This document shows positions 6,956 through 15,039 of a stretch of DNA of 24,586 nt, piece after piece. The stretch spans positions 1 through 24,586 of IMG/VR virus record IMGVR_UViG_3300017965_000073, one strand, 5' to 3'. The notes below the pieces were generated by a model. That model ran no database searches and was not told the DNA's origin. It worked only from the letters and a program-made list of their open reading frames with translations. The DNA is from a virus (taxonomy: Duplodnaviria > Caudoviricetes). Position numbers and translations under genes: made by a program. Numbering within the stretch: position 1 is the first letter of the stretch; each line of letters opens with the position of its first letter.

Positions 6956-7387
6956 GGTCGTAGCTCGGGTTACCGGATTTGGAGGTCTTCCTAGCCGATG
7001 TGGGACGCCTGGATAAGCCCCGCAAGAGGTGAAAGCCAGATTTACGGTCGTCCGAAGTCGGGCCCATCTACGGTCAGCAGGATGACACCCCTTTCATTGG
7101 GTGAACAGTGCCGAGGCCTGATCAACCTCAGCTGGCGGCTCCCGGTAACCAATCATGGGGATACTCCGGAGAGGAACCGACGTTTGTTAGTACCATTTAG
7201 TCCGACGTGTGTAGAGCACGTAGGACACAGGGTGGGTCCTGAATCTAGGGCACAGATCGGCGTTTGGATGGACAAGTGTCGGGGAAGTGTTCGTAGCAGG
7301 GCAGTCGGACCGCTCCCACGGTCCGTCATTCTGGGCAGTGGCGCTGACGATCGTTCGAGTTGGACGACCTCTCCGGAGTCCCCACCA
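6956..7387 (+). ncRNA. Large putative structured RNA(s) of unknown family ending in ACCA
   Basis: Long-range helices 6968-6976/7142-7150, 7157-7174/7368-7383 and 6956-6967/7356-7369; several local hairpins; no convincing coding signal. Confidence 0.55.
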
Positions 7388-7405
7388 TATTCGGGAGGAG
7401 AAGCA

Positions 7406-7675
7406 ATGAATCTCGTTCGGTTGGGTCACTACTACACACCTCAGGGTGAGGGCGAGAAGGGTTCATGCCAGACGGCGTTGGTGTGCGGCCACGACGAGTA
7501 CGGCGGAGCAGCTCCAGAGACCGTCAACGTTACGGTCTGGAACCACCGCGGCGAGCCGATCGGTAATCGAGAGAACGTCCCGGTGATGACGCTCGAGCAG
7601 ATCCACGCCCCCAAGCCAGGCGAGGAGAATCGCGCCAGCTATCACCTGTCGTCCGAATGCCCCTGGCACCGATAG
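7406..7675 (+). CDS. Hypothetical phage protein (89 aa)
   Basis: SD GGAGGAG at 7394-7400 before ATG 7406; 3' part of ORF 6998..7675. Confidence 0.75.
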   Translation: MNLVRLGHYYTPQGEGEKGSCQTALVCGHDEYGGAAPETVNVTVWNHRGEPIGNRENVPVMTLEQIHAPKPGEENRASYHLSSECPWHR

Positions 7676-7683
7676 GAGCCCCC

Positions 7684-8163
7684 ATGAAGATCGTCACCCT
7701 CCTCTCCGGCGGAATGGATTCCGCCACCTTGGCATACTGGGCTAAGTTCAGGGCCCCCGCAGATGGTAACGAAGCGGAGCTCATCTGCCTCTCGTTCGAT
7801 TACGGGCAGCGGCACATTAAGGAACTCGAGGCCGCAAAGAACATCGCGGGGATTCTCAACGCCACCCACGACGTCATCCGCCTTCGGGTCGACAACACCT
7901 TCATCGACAAGGGCTGGGAAGCCCAGCACATCTTCAAGGACGGTAAGTCCCCCAAGATTGCCCCACTCGGGTCGATTCTCGATTCGGCTCTGACTGGTCA
8001 CGGCGAGATCCCTGAAGGGCATTACGCCGACGAGTCGATGAAGGCAACCGTCGTCCCGAACCGTAACGCGATCATGCTCAGCATCGCATACGGCATCGCA
8101 GTGGCGAAGGGAGCAGACCTGGTCCTCTTCGGAGCGCACGCCGGAGACCATGCGATCTACCCT
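7684..8163 (+). CDS. queC: 7-cyano-7-deazaguanine synthase QueC, exon 1
   Basis: SGGMDS PP-loop, FDYGQRH, VPNRNAIMLS; breaks at YP of the conserved YPDCRPEF. Confidence 0.93.
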
Positions 8164-8758
8164 AAGCCACACTGAGTTGGGGTAGTAAAACCATTCCTGA
8201 TCAATTGGGAAAGGCCACTGTGCAACAGGCCAACCCACAGCAAGCAGAACTCGCCTACGCGGCCGGGTACTTTGATGGTGAGGGAGCCCTTCACCTTCAG
8301 GTGCAACGCAGAAACGGTCGTGTACACCAGAAGTGCCTCAACGTCACCGTGAACAGCTCGGACAGGGACACGTTGCTTTGGCTCGCGTCCCTGTTTGGTG
8401 GGAGCGTATTGCTCTACCAGAACCGTAGCCCATTGACACGGAAGCGGATGTACAACTGGAAACTGAGCGGCAGTGCCACTCGGAACTTCCTCGAACTCAT
8501 CCTGCCCCACTTGCGGTATAAGAAGGAATACGCAGCCTTCTGTATCGCGGCATGGGATTTCAGGACGGACACCGAGAGGTTTGAAGAGGCATGTCGAACA
8601 GGTAAGCAGCGGTGGGGACGTGCAGCTGCAGAGACTGAGTGGAATGGCGCCGGAAACGGTGATGCGACAGTCCGATCTGAAGGGACGGTTCAACCTTCAG
8701 AGGTAGCAGAAATGACTACCCGCTCATGATGGTCATCGTGAGTCTAAGTAACAGATTG
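8164..8758 (+). mobile_element. Group I self-splicing intron (595 nt) in queC
   Basis: Exon ends in U and intron ends in G; P1 CTACCCT/GGGGTAG(8179-8185); P3 CCATTCC(8191)/GGAATGG(8641); P7 GACTG(8633)/CAGTC(8668); P8 and P9 hairpins; removal restores YPDCRPEF in frame. Confidence 0.93.
8220..8729 (+). CDS. Intron-encoded single-motif LAGLIDADG homing endonuclease
   Basis: LAYAAGYFDGEG motif, ILPHLRYKKE; probable start GTG 8220 after GGAAAGG (alternative TTG 8205). Confidence 0.88.
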   Translation: MQQANPQQAELAYAAGYFDGEGALHLQVQRRNGRVHQKCLNVTVNSSDRDTLLWLASLFGGSVLLYQNRSPLTRKRMYNWKLSGSATRNFLELILPHLRYKKEYAAFCIAAWDFRTDTERFEEACRTGKQRWGRAAAETEWNGAGNGDATVRSEGTVQPSEVAEMTTRS

Positions 8759-9067
8759 GACTGCCGCCCGGAGTTCGTGATGGCCCTCGACTTCGCCCTC
8801 CGAACCGGAAACCAGTGGGACGCCACCACTAACGTCCCCGCGATTATGGGTCCGTTCCTCGACAAGACCAAGACAGACATTGCCCGACTCGGTTCGGAAC
8901 TGGATGTTCCCTTCTCCCTTACCTGGTCTTGCTACAAGGGGGGCGAGAACCACTGCGGAGTCTGCGGAACGTGCACGGAACGCATCGAAGCCTTCCGCGA
9001 CGCAGGCCTGGACGATCTGACCGTGTACGGCGAAGGCAAGGCAGTCGAGGCCGTATCCAGTGAGTAG
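8759..9067 (+). CDS. queC: QueC exon 2
   Basis: DCRPEF, KTDIARLG, TWSCY..CGVCGTC zinc site; spliced product 262 aa. Confidence 0.93.
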   Translation, partial: DCRPEFVMALDFALRTGNQWDATTNVPAIMGPFLDKTKTDIARLGSELDVPFSLTWSCYKGGENHCGVCGTCTERIEAFRDAGLDDLTVYGEGKAVEAVSSE

Positions 9068-9380
9068 CTGGTGTGTCACCCACTCTACCGACACGTGTAC
9101 TCACGGACGACACTACAACGATGCTGTTCCTGCCAAGCTCCCTCCTTCCGTTCGGCGGGACGAGGAGGAGGTCATCGTAGAGGTTACCTACAGGGGCGTA
9201 AGGTACACGGCCAAAGGGCAGCCGACGACTGTTACTGTCGACAACCGCACGCGTGAAACTACCGGACGATTCGACAGTTGGCGGTCGTATGAACTGACAG
9301 GTAAGAAGACGTTCACCCTCGTAATCGAGGACGCAGACATTGTCGTCGAAACCCAGCTACCAAAAAGGATCGAGGCGTGA
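9060..9380 (+). CDS. Hypothetical protein
   Basis: ORF overlapping the queC stop and the next start (GTGA). Confidence 0.6.
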   Translation: MSSWCVTHSTDTCTHGRHYNDAVPAKLPPSVRRDEEEVIVEVTYRGVRYTAKGQPTTVTVDNRTRETTGRFDSWRSYELTGKKTFTLVIEDADIVVETQLPKRIEA

Positions 9381-9880
9381 CGACAACAAACCGGCCCTCT
9401 GGTATCTGCGCGGATTCCCTTACGCAGATCCAGGCCGACTGCCACCGCATCGCTCGGGAGCACGGGTGGTGGACGACACCTGAGGACAAGAGCGTCCCCG
9501 TCAAGCTCGCCCTGATCCATTCCGAGGTCAGCGAAGCCCTCGAGGAGTACCGCGACGCCCACCCTGCAGACGACCTCGCCAAGATCCGGTACGAGTTCAA
9601 GGCGACGGACAGGGTCCCGAAGGACGCCGTCATCCGCAAGGCGTTCGGTAAGATGTACGCACAGATCGGCGATGGTCCGTCATTCGAGTTCGACCAGACC
9701 ACCGCATACGATCTGGGCTACGATGTGAAGCCGATCGGGTTCGCGATCGAACTGGCCGATGCGATGATCCGCATTATGGACCTGGCAGGACACCTCGGTA
9801 TCGACCTGACTGCGGCCATTACCGAGAAGATGGCGTACAACGAAACACGGCCACTGCGTCACGGGGGAAAGACGATATGA
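9377..9880 (+). CDS. MazG-like nucleotide pyrophosphohydrolase
   Basis: LALIHSEVSEALEEYR ... ELADAMIRIMDL ... EKMAYNETR.HGGK. Confidence 0.85.
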   Translation: MTTTNRPSGICADSLTQIQADCHRIAREHGWWTTPEDKSVPVKLALIHSEVSEALEEYRDAHPADDLAKIRYEFKATDRVPKDAVIRKAFGKMYAQIGDGPSFEFDQTTAYDLGYDVKPIGFAIELADAMIRIMDLAGHLGIDLTAAITEKMAYNETRPLRHGGKTI

Positions 9881-10134
9881 GGGCAACGTTCGTAGTGGTC
9901 CTCGATACCGGTCAACGAGTCGTGTACGACGGTGAGATCGTCGGGTTCGATCTCCGTCAGCAGCATGAGGAGGCTGGGACACCACAGGCCCACGACGACT
10001 GGGCCCCGCGTCTCCCGACCGGCAAGTACAAGGTAACGTTCCTAACAACAGGCGAAACGCCGATGCCTGTAGTCATTCACGAAGACGCCTTCAAGCCACA
10101 GCCACTCCCGCTTCCCCAAGCCCAGGAGGTCTAA
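9877..10134 (+). CDS. Hypothetical protein
   Basis: ATGA overlap with the MazG-like stop. Confidence 0.6.
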   Translation: MRATFVVVLDTGQRVVYDGEIVGFDLRQQHEEAGTPQAHDDWAPRLPTGKYKVTFLTTGETPMPVVIHEDAFKPQPLPLPQAQEV

Positions 10135-10137
10135 GCA

Positions 10138-10512
10138 GTGTTCCGGGCACACGTCGAGGAAGAGTTCGAGGCGGCACACGCCAATGGGCCCGAGGGGCAC
10201 AAGTGCCGCACGATGCACGGCCACACGTGGTTGGCGGAGGTGGAGTTCGAGTACCCGGAAAGCATGCTTGACGAGAATGGGTGGGGACCGGACTTCGGGG
10301 CGATCAAGGCCATTATCAAGCCCCTCGACCACAACGAGCTGAACTCCCACTTCGCGGGACGGTTCCCACCGTCGGCCGAGAACCTCGCCAAGTGGCTGTG
10401 GAACGAAGCCGCATCAGTGGTCGGACTGACGAGAGGACGGGCGCAGAACTTGGTTGTGCGCATCCACGAAGGTGGTGGCAACTTCGTCGAGTACCGGGAC
10501 GAGATGCGATGA
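10138..10512 (+). CDS. queD: 6-carboxy-5,6,7,8-tetrahydropterin synthase QueD
   Basis: FEAAH..C..MHGHTW, DFG.IK, LDH..LN, PSAENLA; SD GGAGG. Confidence 0.93.
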   Translation: MFRAHVEEEFEAAHANGPEGHKCRTMHGHTWLAEVEFEYPESMLDENGWGPDFGAIKAIIKPLDHNELNSHFAGRFPPSAENLAKWLWNEAASVVGLTRGRAQNLVVRIHEGGGNFVEYRDEMR

Positions 10513-11327
10513 CTGAGGAATCGGTTGCGGTAACGGAGGAGCCACAAGTTAGTCCGCTCGGGCCGTCTCCTGAACGCCGACTCATGGTCATCGAGATATT
10601 CGGCCCGACGGTTCAGGGCGAGGGGGCACTCGCCGGAAGGATAACCCACTTCATTCGACTTGGCGCGTGCGATTACCGGTGCGGGTGGTGTGACTCGGAT
10701 CATGCGGTAATCCCGGCGAAGGTCCGTGAGAACGGGAAGCGGATGACCACGGGCGAGATCGTCGAGGCGCTCGCCAAACTCAAGGGCCGCCCCGAGTGGT
10801 TGACAATCTCTGGTGGGAATCCTGCCCTACAAGAGTGTGGCGAACTTGTCGAGGCCGCACACGCCCTGAACTTCAAGGTGGCGGTTGAGACTCAGGGCTC
10901 CGTGTGGAAGGACTGGCTTGCACAGGTCGATCAGCTGACCGTGTCACCGAAACCGCCGTCCTCAAACATGGATTCCAAGGAACATCGCCTTAACCTCGCG
11001 TCCTTCTTCGAGCGAGAACAACTCACCCTGGGGCGCCCAATAGGTGCTTCAACGTGTATCAAGGTTCCGGTCTTCGACGAGAAGGACTACGAGTGGGCAC
11101 GACACGTCCACCAGCGTTGGGCACGGTATCCGTTCTTCTTCAGCGTGGTCACTCGGATGGGTGGCCTTTACGGCGACTTCGACGGCGGAAAGGTGGATAC
11201 GAAGGATGACGTTATCAAGCGGTACCGGTGGCTCGTCGAACGGGCCGTCGAAGACCCCGACTTCGGAGACGTCGCCCTCTTCCCCCAGATCCACGTCCTC
11301 CTTTGGCAGCACGAAAGGCAACGGTGA
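10509..11327 (+). CDS. queE: 7-carboxy-7-deazaguanine synthase QueE (radical SAM)
   Basis: EIFGPTVQGEG, CDYRCGWCDS (CxxxCxxC), ISGGNP, VETQGS, SPKPPSS, PQIH; ATG 10509 overlaps the queD stop. Confidence 0.93.
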   Translation: MTEESVAVTEEPQVSPLGPSPERRLMVIEIFGPTVQGEGALAGRITHFIRLGACDYRCGWCDSDHAVIPAKVRENGKRMTTGEIVEALAKLKGRPEWLTISGGNPALQECGELVEAAHALNFKVAVETQGSVWKDWLAQVDQLTVSPKPPSSNMDSKEHRLNLASFFEREQLTLGRPIGASTCIKVPVFDEKDYEWARHVHQRWARYPFFFSVVTRMGGLYGDFDGGKVDTKDDVIKRYRWLVERAVEDPDFGDVALFPQIHVLLWQHERQR

Positions 11328-12018
11328 TGACGGAGGAGAAGCCGAAGAGGGTTCGGTCCCGAAAGAAGTCACCATCAACCTCCCCGACGGAGACGACTGG
11401 TTCGAACTCCTCGACCAGTCAACCGACGACCCCCAGGCAGACGTCGACGCGTCGATCGACAGGCGGCTCCGCGAAGTCCTCCGCCTTATCGGGGTCAACG
11501 CGAGCGGCGAAAACTTCGTCGACACCCCCGCCCGATTCCGCAAGCTCCTCCAGCACTACCGCCAAGGTAACCCCACCGACCTGGGCGCCATCCTCAAGGC
11601 CGGATTCGAAGAGGGATCCGGAGGAGACAAGGGTCTTGTTGTCCAGACGAACATCGCCTTCCGGGGCCTATGTGCTCACCATCTCCAGCCCTTCATCGGG
11701 AAGGCCGCCGTCGGGTACATTCCACGCAACCGTGTGGTCGGACTCTCAAAACTTACGCGTCTTGTTCAAGCCGCCGGAGTCCTTACTCCGTCACTTCAGG
11801 AGCACATTACAAACCTGGTGGTTGACACGCTCCAGGATACCCTTCAGCCAACAGCTTCCGGATGTATCACCGTGGCAACTCACGGTTGCATGTCTGCTCG
11901 GGGCGTACTTGCTCCGGAGACGGAGACGATCGTCTCAGCACTGAGGGGTGGGTTCCTGATGAACCCGATCGCGCGCCAGGAGTTCATGTCGGTATGGCAG
12001 ACGACGTACAGAAGGTAG
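11327..12018 (+). CDS. folE: GTP cyclohydrolase I FolE; coding frame lacks a nearby start, candidate -1 frameshift from ATG 11327 at CGA-AAG (11360-11365)
   Basis: DTPARF, LCAHHLQPF, VGLSKL, LQE and HGCM..RG motifs in the frame of ORF 11044..12018; the start coordinate is inferred. Confidence 0.85.
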
Positions 12019-12023
12019 CATCC

Positions 12024-12275
12024 ATGCCAACCCTGGATGAAACACCAGGTCTCTCAGACCATGACCCGCTAACGGGTATCGAGAAGTCCCTCATCGGAAA
12101 GGGACTTGTACCCCACCTGCGGTTCAGTAAGGGGCAATCCGATACGTACTGGGAGTATCCGCAACGTCCCGCTCCGGCAGCGGCCACGTACTGGGGAACA
12201 CTCCTAGTCATCGTCTCACTGATGTTCTTCTTCCTCGTGCTGCTGAGGGGGTGGCCATGGGCACCGACGGGGTAG
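12024..12275 (+). CDS. Small membrane protein
   Basis: ATG 12024 after the folE stop; C-terminal hydrophobic helix YWGTLLVIVSLMFFFLVLL. Confidence 0.6.
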   Translation: MPTLDETPGLSDHDPLTGIEKSLIGKGLVPHLRFSKGQSDTYWEYPQRPAPAAATYWGTLLVIVSLMFFFLVLLRGWPWAPTG

Positions 12276-12532
12276 TTCTGAACCGGCAGAACCGACAGAA
12301 GCGCATCGACAACTTCATCACCTACCTCCAGAGTTCCAAGAGTGCTGAACGTCGGGAAGTCGGTCGCCTGGCCCGTATCGGCCAGGAAGCAGAAGAGATG
12401 ACAGCCCGACAAGCTACGGTGTCATCGCAACGACACGGGTTCGAACAGGCAGCGACGTTCTTCCTAGGGGAGCCGACCATTGAGTCCGAGATGGAAGCAG
12501 GACAAGAGGACCGCAAGCAAACGGCCCCATAA
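12257..12532 (+). CDS. Hypothetical protein
   Basis: ORF 12251..12532 with SD-like GAGGGGG upstream. Confidence 0.6.
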   Translation: MGTDGVVLNRQNRQKRIDNFITYLQSSKSAERREVGRLARIGQEAEEMTARQATVSSQRHGFEQAATFFLGEPTIESEMEAGQEDRKQTAP

Positions 12533-12619
12533 GGCCGCTGCGCGCGGACGAACTCACCCATGGGTCCTCGCCGTTAAGGCGCGAGACACCGCAGTCCGGA
12601 AGAGGAAGGCAGAGAAGCA

Positions 12620-12880
12620 ATGGCAGACCTACCGCGCTTCACACAAGCAGACCGGGCAGGCGAGCTCCTCCACGCCGATGCGGGTGCTCGCACGTTTCGC
12701 AAGCGCAGTCGGATCCTTGCGGTCCGGGTCGACCACGCGTTCGAAGTCGAGACCGACCGCGGAGTAATGGAAGCGGCGGCGGGTGATTGGCTCGTCACCA
12801 ATCATCCGGACGATGATCCCGGCTCTGATGTCTGGTCGATTAGCAACGACCGGATGCAAGCAACGTACGAAGAGGAATAG
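12620..12880 (+). CDS. Hypothetical phage protein (VET..G.MEA..GDWLV family)
   Basis: Recurring small phage protein motif FRK...VETDRGVMEAAAGDWLV...TYE; purine-rich SD. Confidence 0.7.
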   Translation: MADLPRFTQADRAGELLHADAGARTFRKRSRILAVRVDHAFEVETDRGVMEAAAGDWLVTNHPDDDPGSDVWSISNDRMQATYEEE

Positions 12881-12890
12881 GGAGGATACA

Positions 12891-13301
12891 GTGACAGAAC
12901 AGTCATACGTCAGCCGGTTCGTCCCGGTCGACCCGGATGAGATCCCGAACATCCGGGAGGCTCGTCGAGGCCGGGTGAGTTACCCGCTCCTGAAGGGCTT
13001 CCTGGAGTCGATGCTCCCGATTGCTCGTCTCGACCGAACGGGGATCAGCAGGACCTCGTACTCGCTGAGCATGACGCTCGGCCTGTACATCAAGAACCAC
13101 GAGCTCCCGATCAAGGTGTGCACCCGGAAGGGGGAGATCTACCTCGCCCGGACGGACGTGGACGATGAAGGCAACATCATCGGCGACTCGTCGGGCAATC
13201 TCCCCGATGTGCCGGATGATGACCCGTCCGATGTGACGGAGCTCGACTCGGCTGAGGTCGAGCGTCGGTTCGCTGAGGAGGCCGTTCAGGTCACGAAGTG
13301 A
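12891..13301 (+). CDS. Hypothetical protein with acidic C-terminus
   Basis: SD GGAGG at 12881 before GTG 12891. Confidence 0.75.
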   Translation: MTEQSYVSRFVPVDPDEIPNIREARRGRVSYPLLKGFLESMLPIARLDRTGISRTSYSLSMTLGLYIKNHELPIKVCTRKGEIYLARTDVDDEGNIIGDSSGNLPDVPDDDPSDVTELDSAEVERRFAEEAVQVTK

Positions 13302-13339
13302 AAGTCCTCGTCGTCTGCTCCCGTCGGTTCAATGGCTAA
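13298..13339 (+). pseudogene. 13-codon orphaned 5' end of the DJ-1/PfpI gene (MKVLVVCSRRFNG*)
   Basis: 11/13 aa identical to the N-terminus starting at 13723; coupled to the upstream stop (GTGA) and overlapping the endonuclease ATG. Confidence 0.8.
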
Positions 13340-13757
13340 GGGCATCTCCCTCCTCGAGGTTGCATGGGCGGCCAGGTTCTTTGACGGCGAGGGCCATATA
13401 CGGTTCAAGCCGCGTCCGAATCTCGGGCTGAAGTTGATTGTCGCGGTAGGTGGCGGGCATGATCCGGAGCTTCTGCTTAGATTCCAGACGGCGATCGGTA
13501 ATGTAGGACATATTCACGGTCCGTATAACCACAAGAGGGGGAAGCCGTACTACGCACTAGAGGTAACAGTCGCAAAGGATGTAATCGCCTCTATCGAACT
13601 CCTTGCGCCGTACCTAGGTACGGTAAAGCGAACACAGGCACAGGCAGCTATCGACATGTACTTCTCCGCTGGCGGAGGGGTTGGGAGTGGTCGATGGGGC
13701 TTACGGAAGGGGGTGATACCCAGTGAAGATCCTCGTGGTCTGTTCCCGCCGCTATAA
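13332..13757 (+). CDS. Free-standing single-motif LAGLIDADG endonuclease
   Basis: VAWAARFFDGEG, LAPYLGTVKRTQA; the usual Gly before FFDGEG is Arg. Confidence 0.82.
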   Translation: MAKGISLLEVAWAARFFDGEGHIRFKPRPNLGLKLIVAVGGGHDPELLLRFQTAIGNVGHIHGPYNHKRGKPYYALEVTVAKDVIASIELLAPYLGTVKRTQAQAAIDMYFSAGGGVGSGRWGLRKGVIPSEDPRGLFPPL

Positions 13758-14379
13758 CGGACATGAGTTAATCACGGCTCTCGGCATCGTCGTTAAGGCC
13801 GGTTTGGAGTTCGAGGTCGTCTCCTCAGGTACCAGGCTCGTAGATGAGGTGACCAATAAGGCCAACAAGATCCGGCGTACGATCGACGACGTAGACCCCG
13901 CGGAGTTCTCAGACACGTTCAAGGGCCTGATGATCGTGTCAGGGAATCCGCAGGACACCGAGAAGTTCTGGGTTAACCCCAAAGTCCTGAAGTTGGTCGA
14001 AGAGGCCGATAATCAGGAGCTTCCCATTGCAGCCATCTGTGCAGCAGTGCCGACGATCCGATACGCCGCAAAGGGCAAGAGGGTATCGTTCTACCCACTA
14101 GTCCGAGCTGCCCAACTCCTAACGGAAGCAGGAGCCATCCTGACAACCCTTTCGTTCAACGTGGACGGTAGGATCGTAACAGGAGAACACCAGATGGCAA
14201 CAGGGATGTGGGCAACTGCATTCTCTGACCTGGTGAACGGTGTTCCTGTTAGGACCCCACAACTCATCGATTCCAAGTGGGCGCCAAAGGGGAAAGAGCG
14301 TCGACCTATTGCCGCCGTAGAGCGCCTTAAGCCCCTCCATCTACGTAAGGTCTCACGCGACGGAAAACCCCTCAAGTGA
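13723..14379 (+). CDS. DJ-1/PfpI (class I glutamine amidotransferase-like) protein
   Basis: N-terminal beta strand with HEL Glu, LMIVSG, nucleophile elbow IAAICAA, VDGRIVTG. Confidence 0.8.
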   Translation: MKILVVCSRRYNGHELITALGIVVKAGLEFEVVSSGTRLVDEVTNKANKIRRTIDDVDPAEFSDTFKGLMIVSGNPQDTEKFWVNPKVLKLVEEADNQELPIAAICAAVPTIRYAAKGKRVSFYPLVRAAQLLTEAGAILTTLSFNVDGRIVTGEHQMATGMWATAFSDLVNGVPVRTPQLIDSKWAPKGKERRPIAAVERLKPLHLRKVSRDGKPLK

Positions 14380-15038
14380 TCCCGACAGCCCGATTGATTG
14401 CCCTGACGCAGCCCGTCGAAGAGGCTGCTGACCTGGGGATCCACACTCCCCTTGACCTAATCGAGTTCGCCGGGCGCTGGGACTACGGTGAGACGTCGGT
14501 TGCCAAGATGACAGAGGGGAACGAGATCATCGGTAGGTGGCTGGATGCAGGCGAAGAGTCGATGGTGGAGATGGTCCATGCCACCTTCTTCATCACCTGC
14601 TCCCGTGTCGTCTCGCACGAACTGGTACGCCACCGTATCGCCTCATACCAGCAAGAGTCCCAGAGGTTCGTGTCTTACAAGGGTGCTGACACTGACGACC
14701 TGTTCTATGTTCCGGAAGGCAACGAGGCCACGTCCAAAGCGGCCTTTCTCTTCAGGGGGGCGTACGAGTCGATGGCCCTCCTTTACGAACAGCTTCTGGG
14801 TATGGGCGTCCCGAAGCAACTGGCCAGGTATGTCCTGCCAAACGCGACCAGGACCCGAATCATCGCCACCATGAACCTGCGGCAGTGGCGCCACGTTAAC
14901 TTGCTGCGGATGCATCCGTCGGCACAACCGGAGATGCAGATCATCGCCAAGCAGGTCTACGCAGCGTTGGACGCCAGGTTCCCGATCGTCTTCAACGACA
15001 TCCCAGAACGTATTGCCAAGGGACGGGAGGCCCGATAG
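14376..15038 (+). CDS. thyX: Flavin-dependent thymidylate synthase
   Basis: SRVVSHELVRHRIASYQQESQR, ARYVLPNA, NLRQWRH, AQPEM. Confidence 0.93.
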   Translation: MIPTARLIALTQPVEEAADLGIHTPLDLIEFAGRWDYGETSVAKMTEGNEIIGRWLDAGEESMVEMVHATFFITCSRVVSHELVRHRIASYQQESQRFVSYKGADTDDLFYVPEGNEATSKAAFLFRGAYESMALLYEQLLGMGVPKQLARYVLPNATRTRIIATMNLRQWRHVNLLRMHPSAQPEMQIIAKQVYAALDARFPIVFNDIPERIAKGREAR

Positions 15039-15039
15039 C

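Noticed and set aside
7157-7387. tmRNA (starts GGGG, ends ACCA)
   Set aside because: No G3-U70 pair, no T arm before the 3' end, and no recognisable tag reading frame
6998-7405. N-terminal extension of ORF 6998..7675
   Set aside because: No SD at 6998, atypical composition, overlaps strong RNA helices; a clear SD precedes ATG 7406
7684-9067. queC pseudogene or intein
   Set aside because: The interruption has in-frame stops and complete group I intron features; splicing restores the frame
11044-11326. Long N-terminal extension of FolE inside queE
   Set aside because: Ser/Thr/Arg-rich off-frame shadow of queE with no FolE-like sequence
13298-13761. Translational bypass or intron joining the two DJ-1 N-termini
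   Set aside because: The second copy has its own GTG start with a purine-rich SD and is complete; no group I core elements were seen
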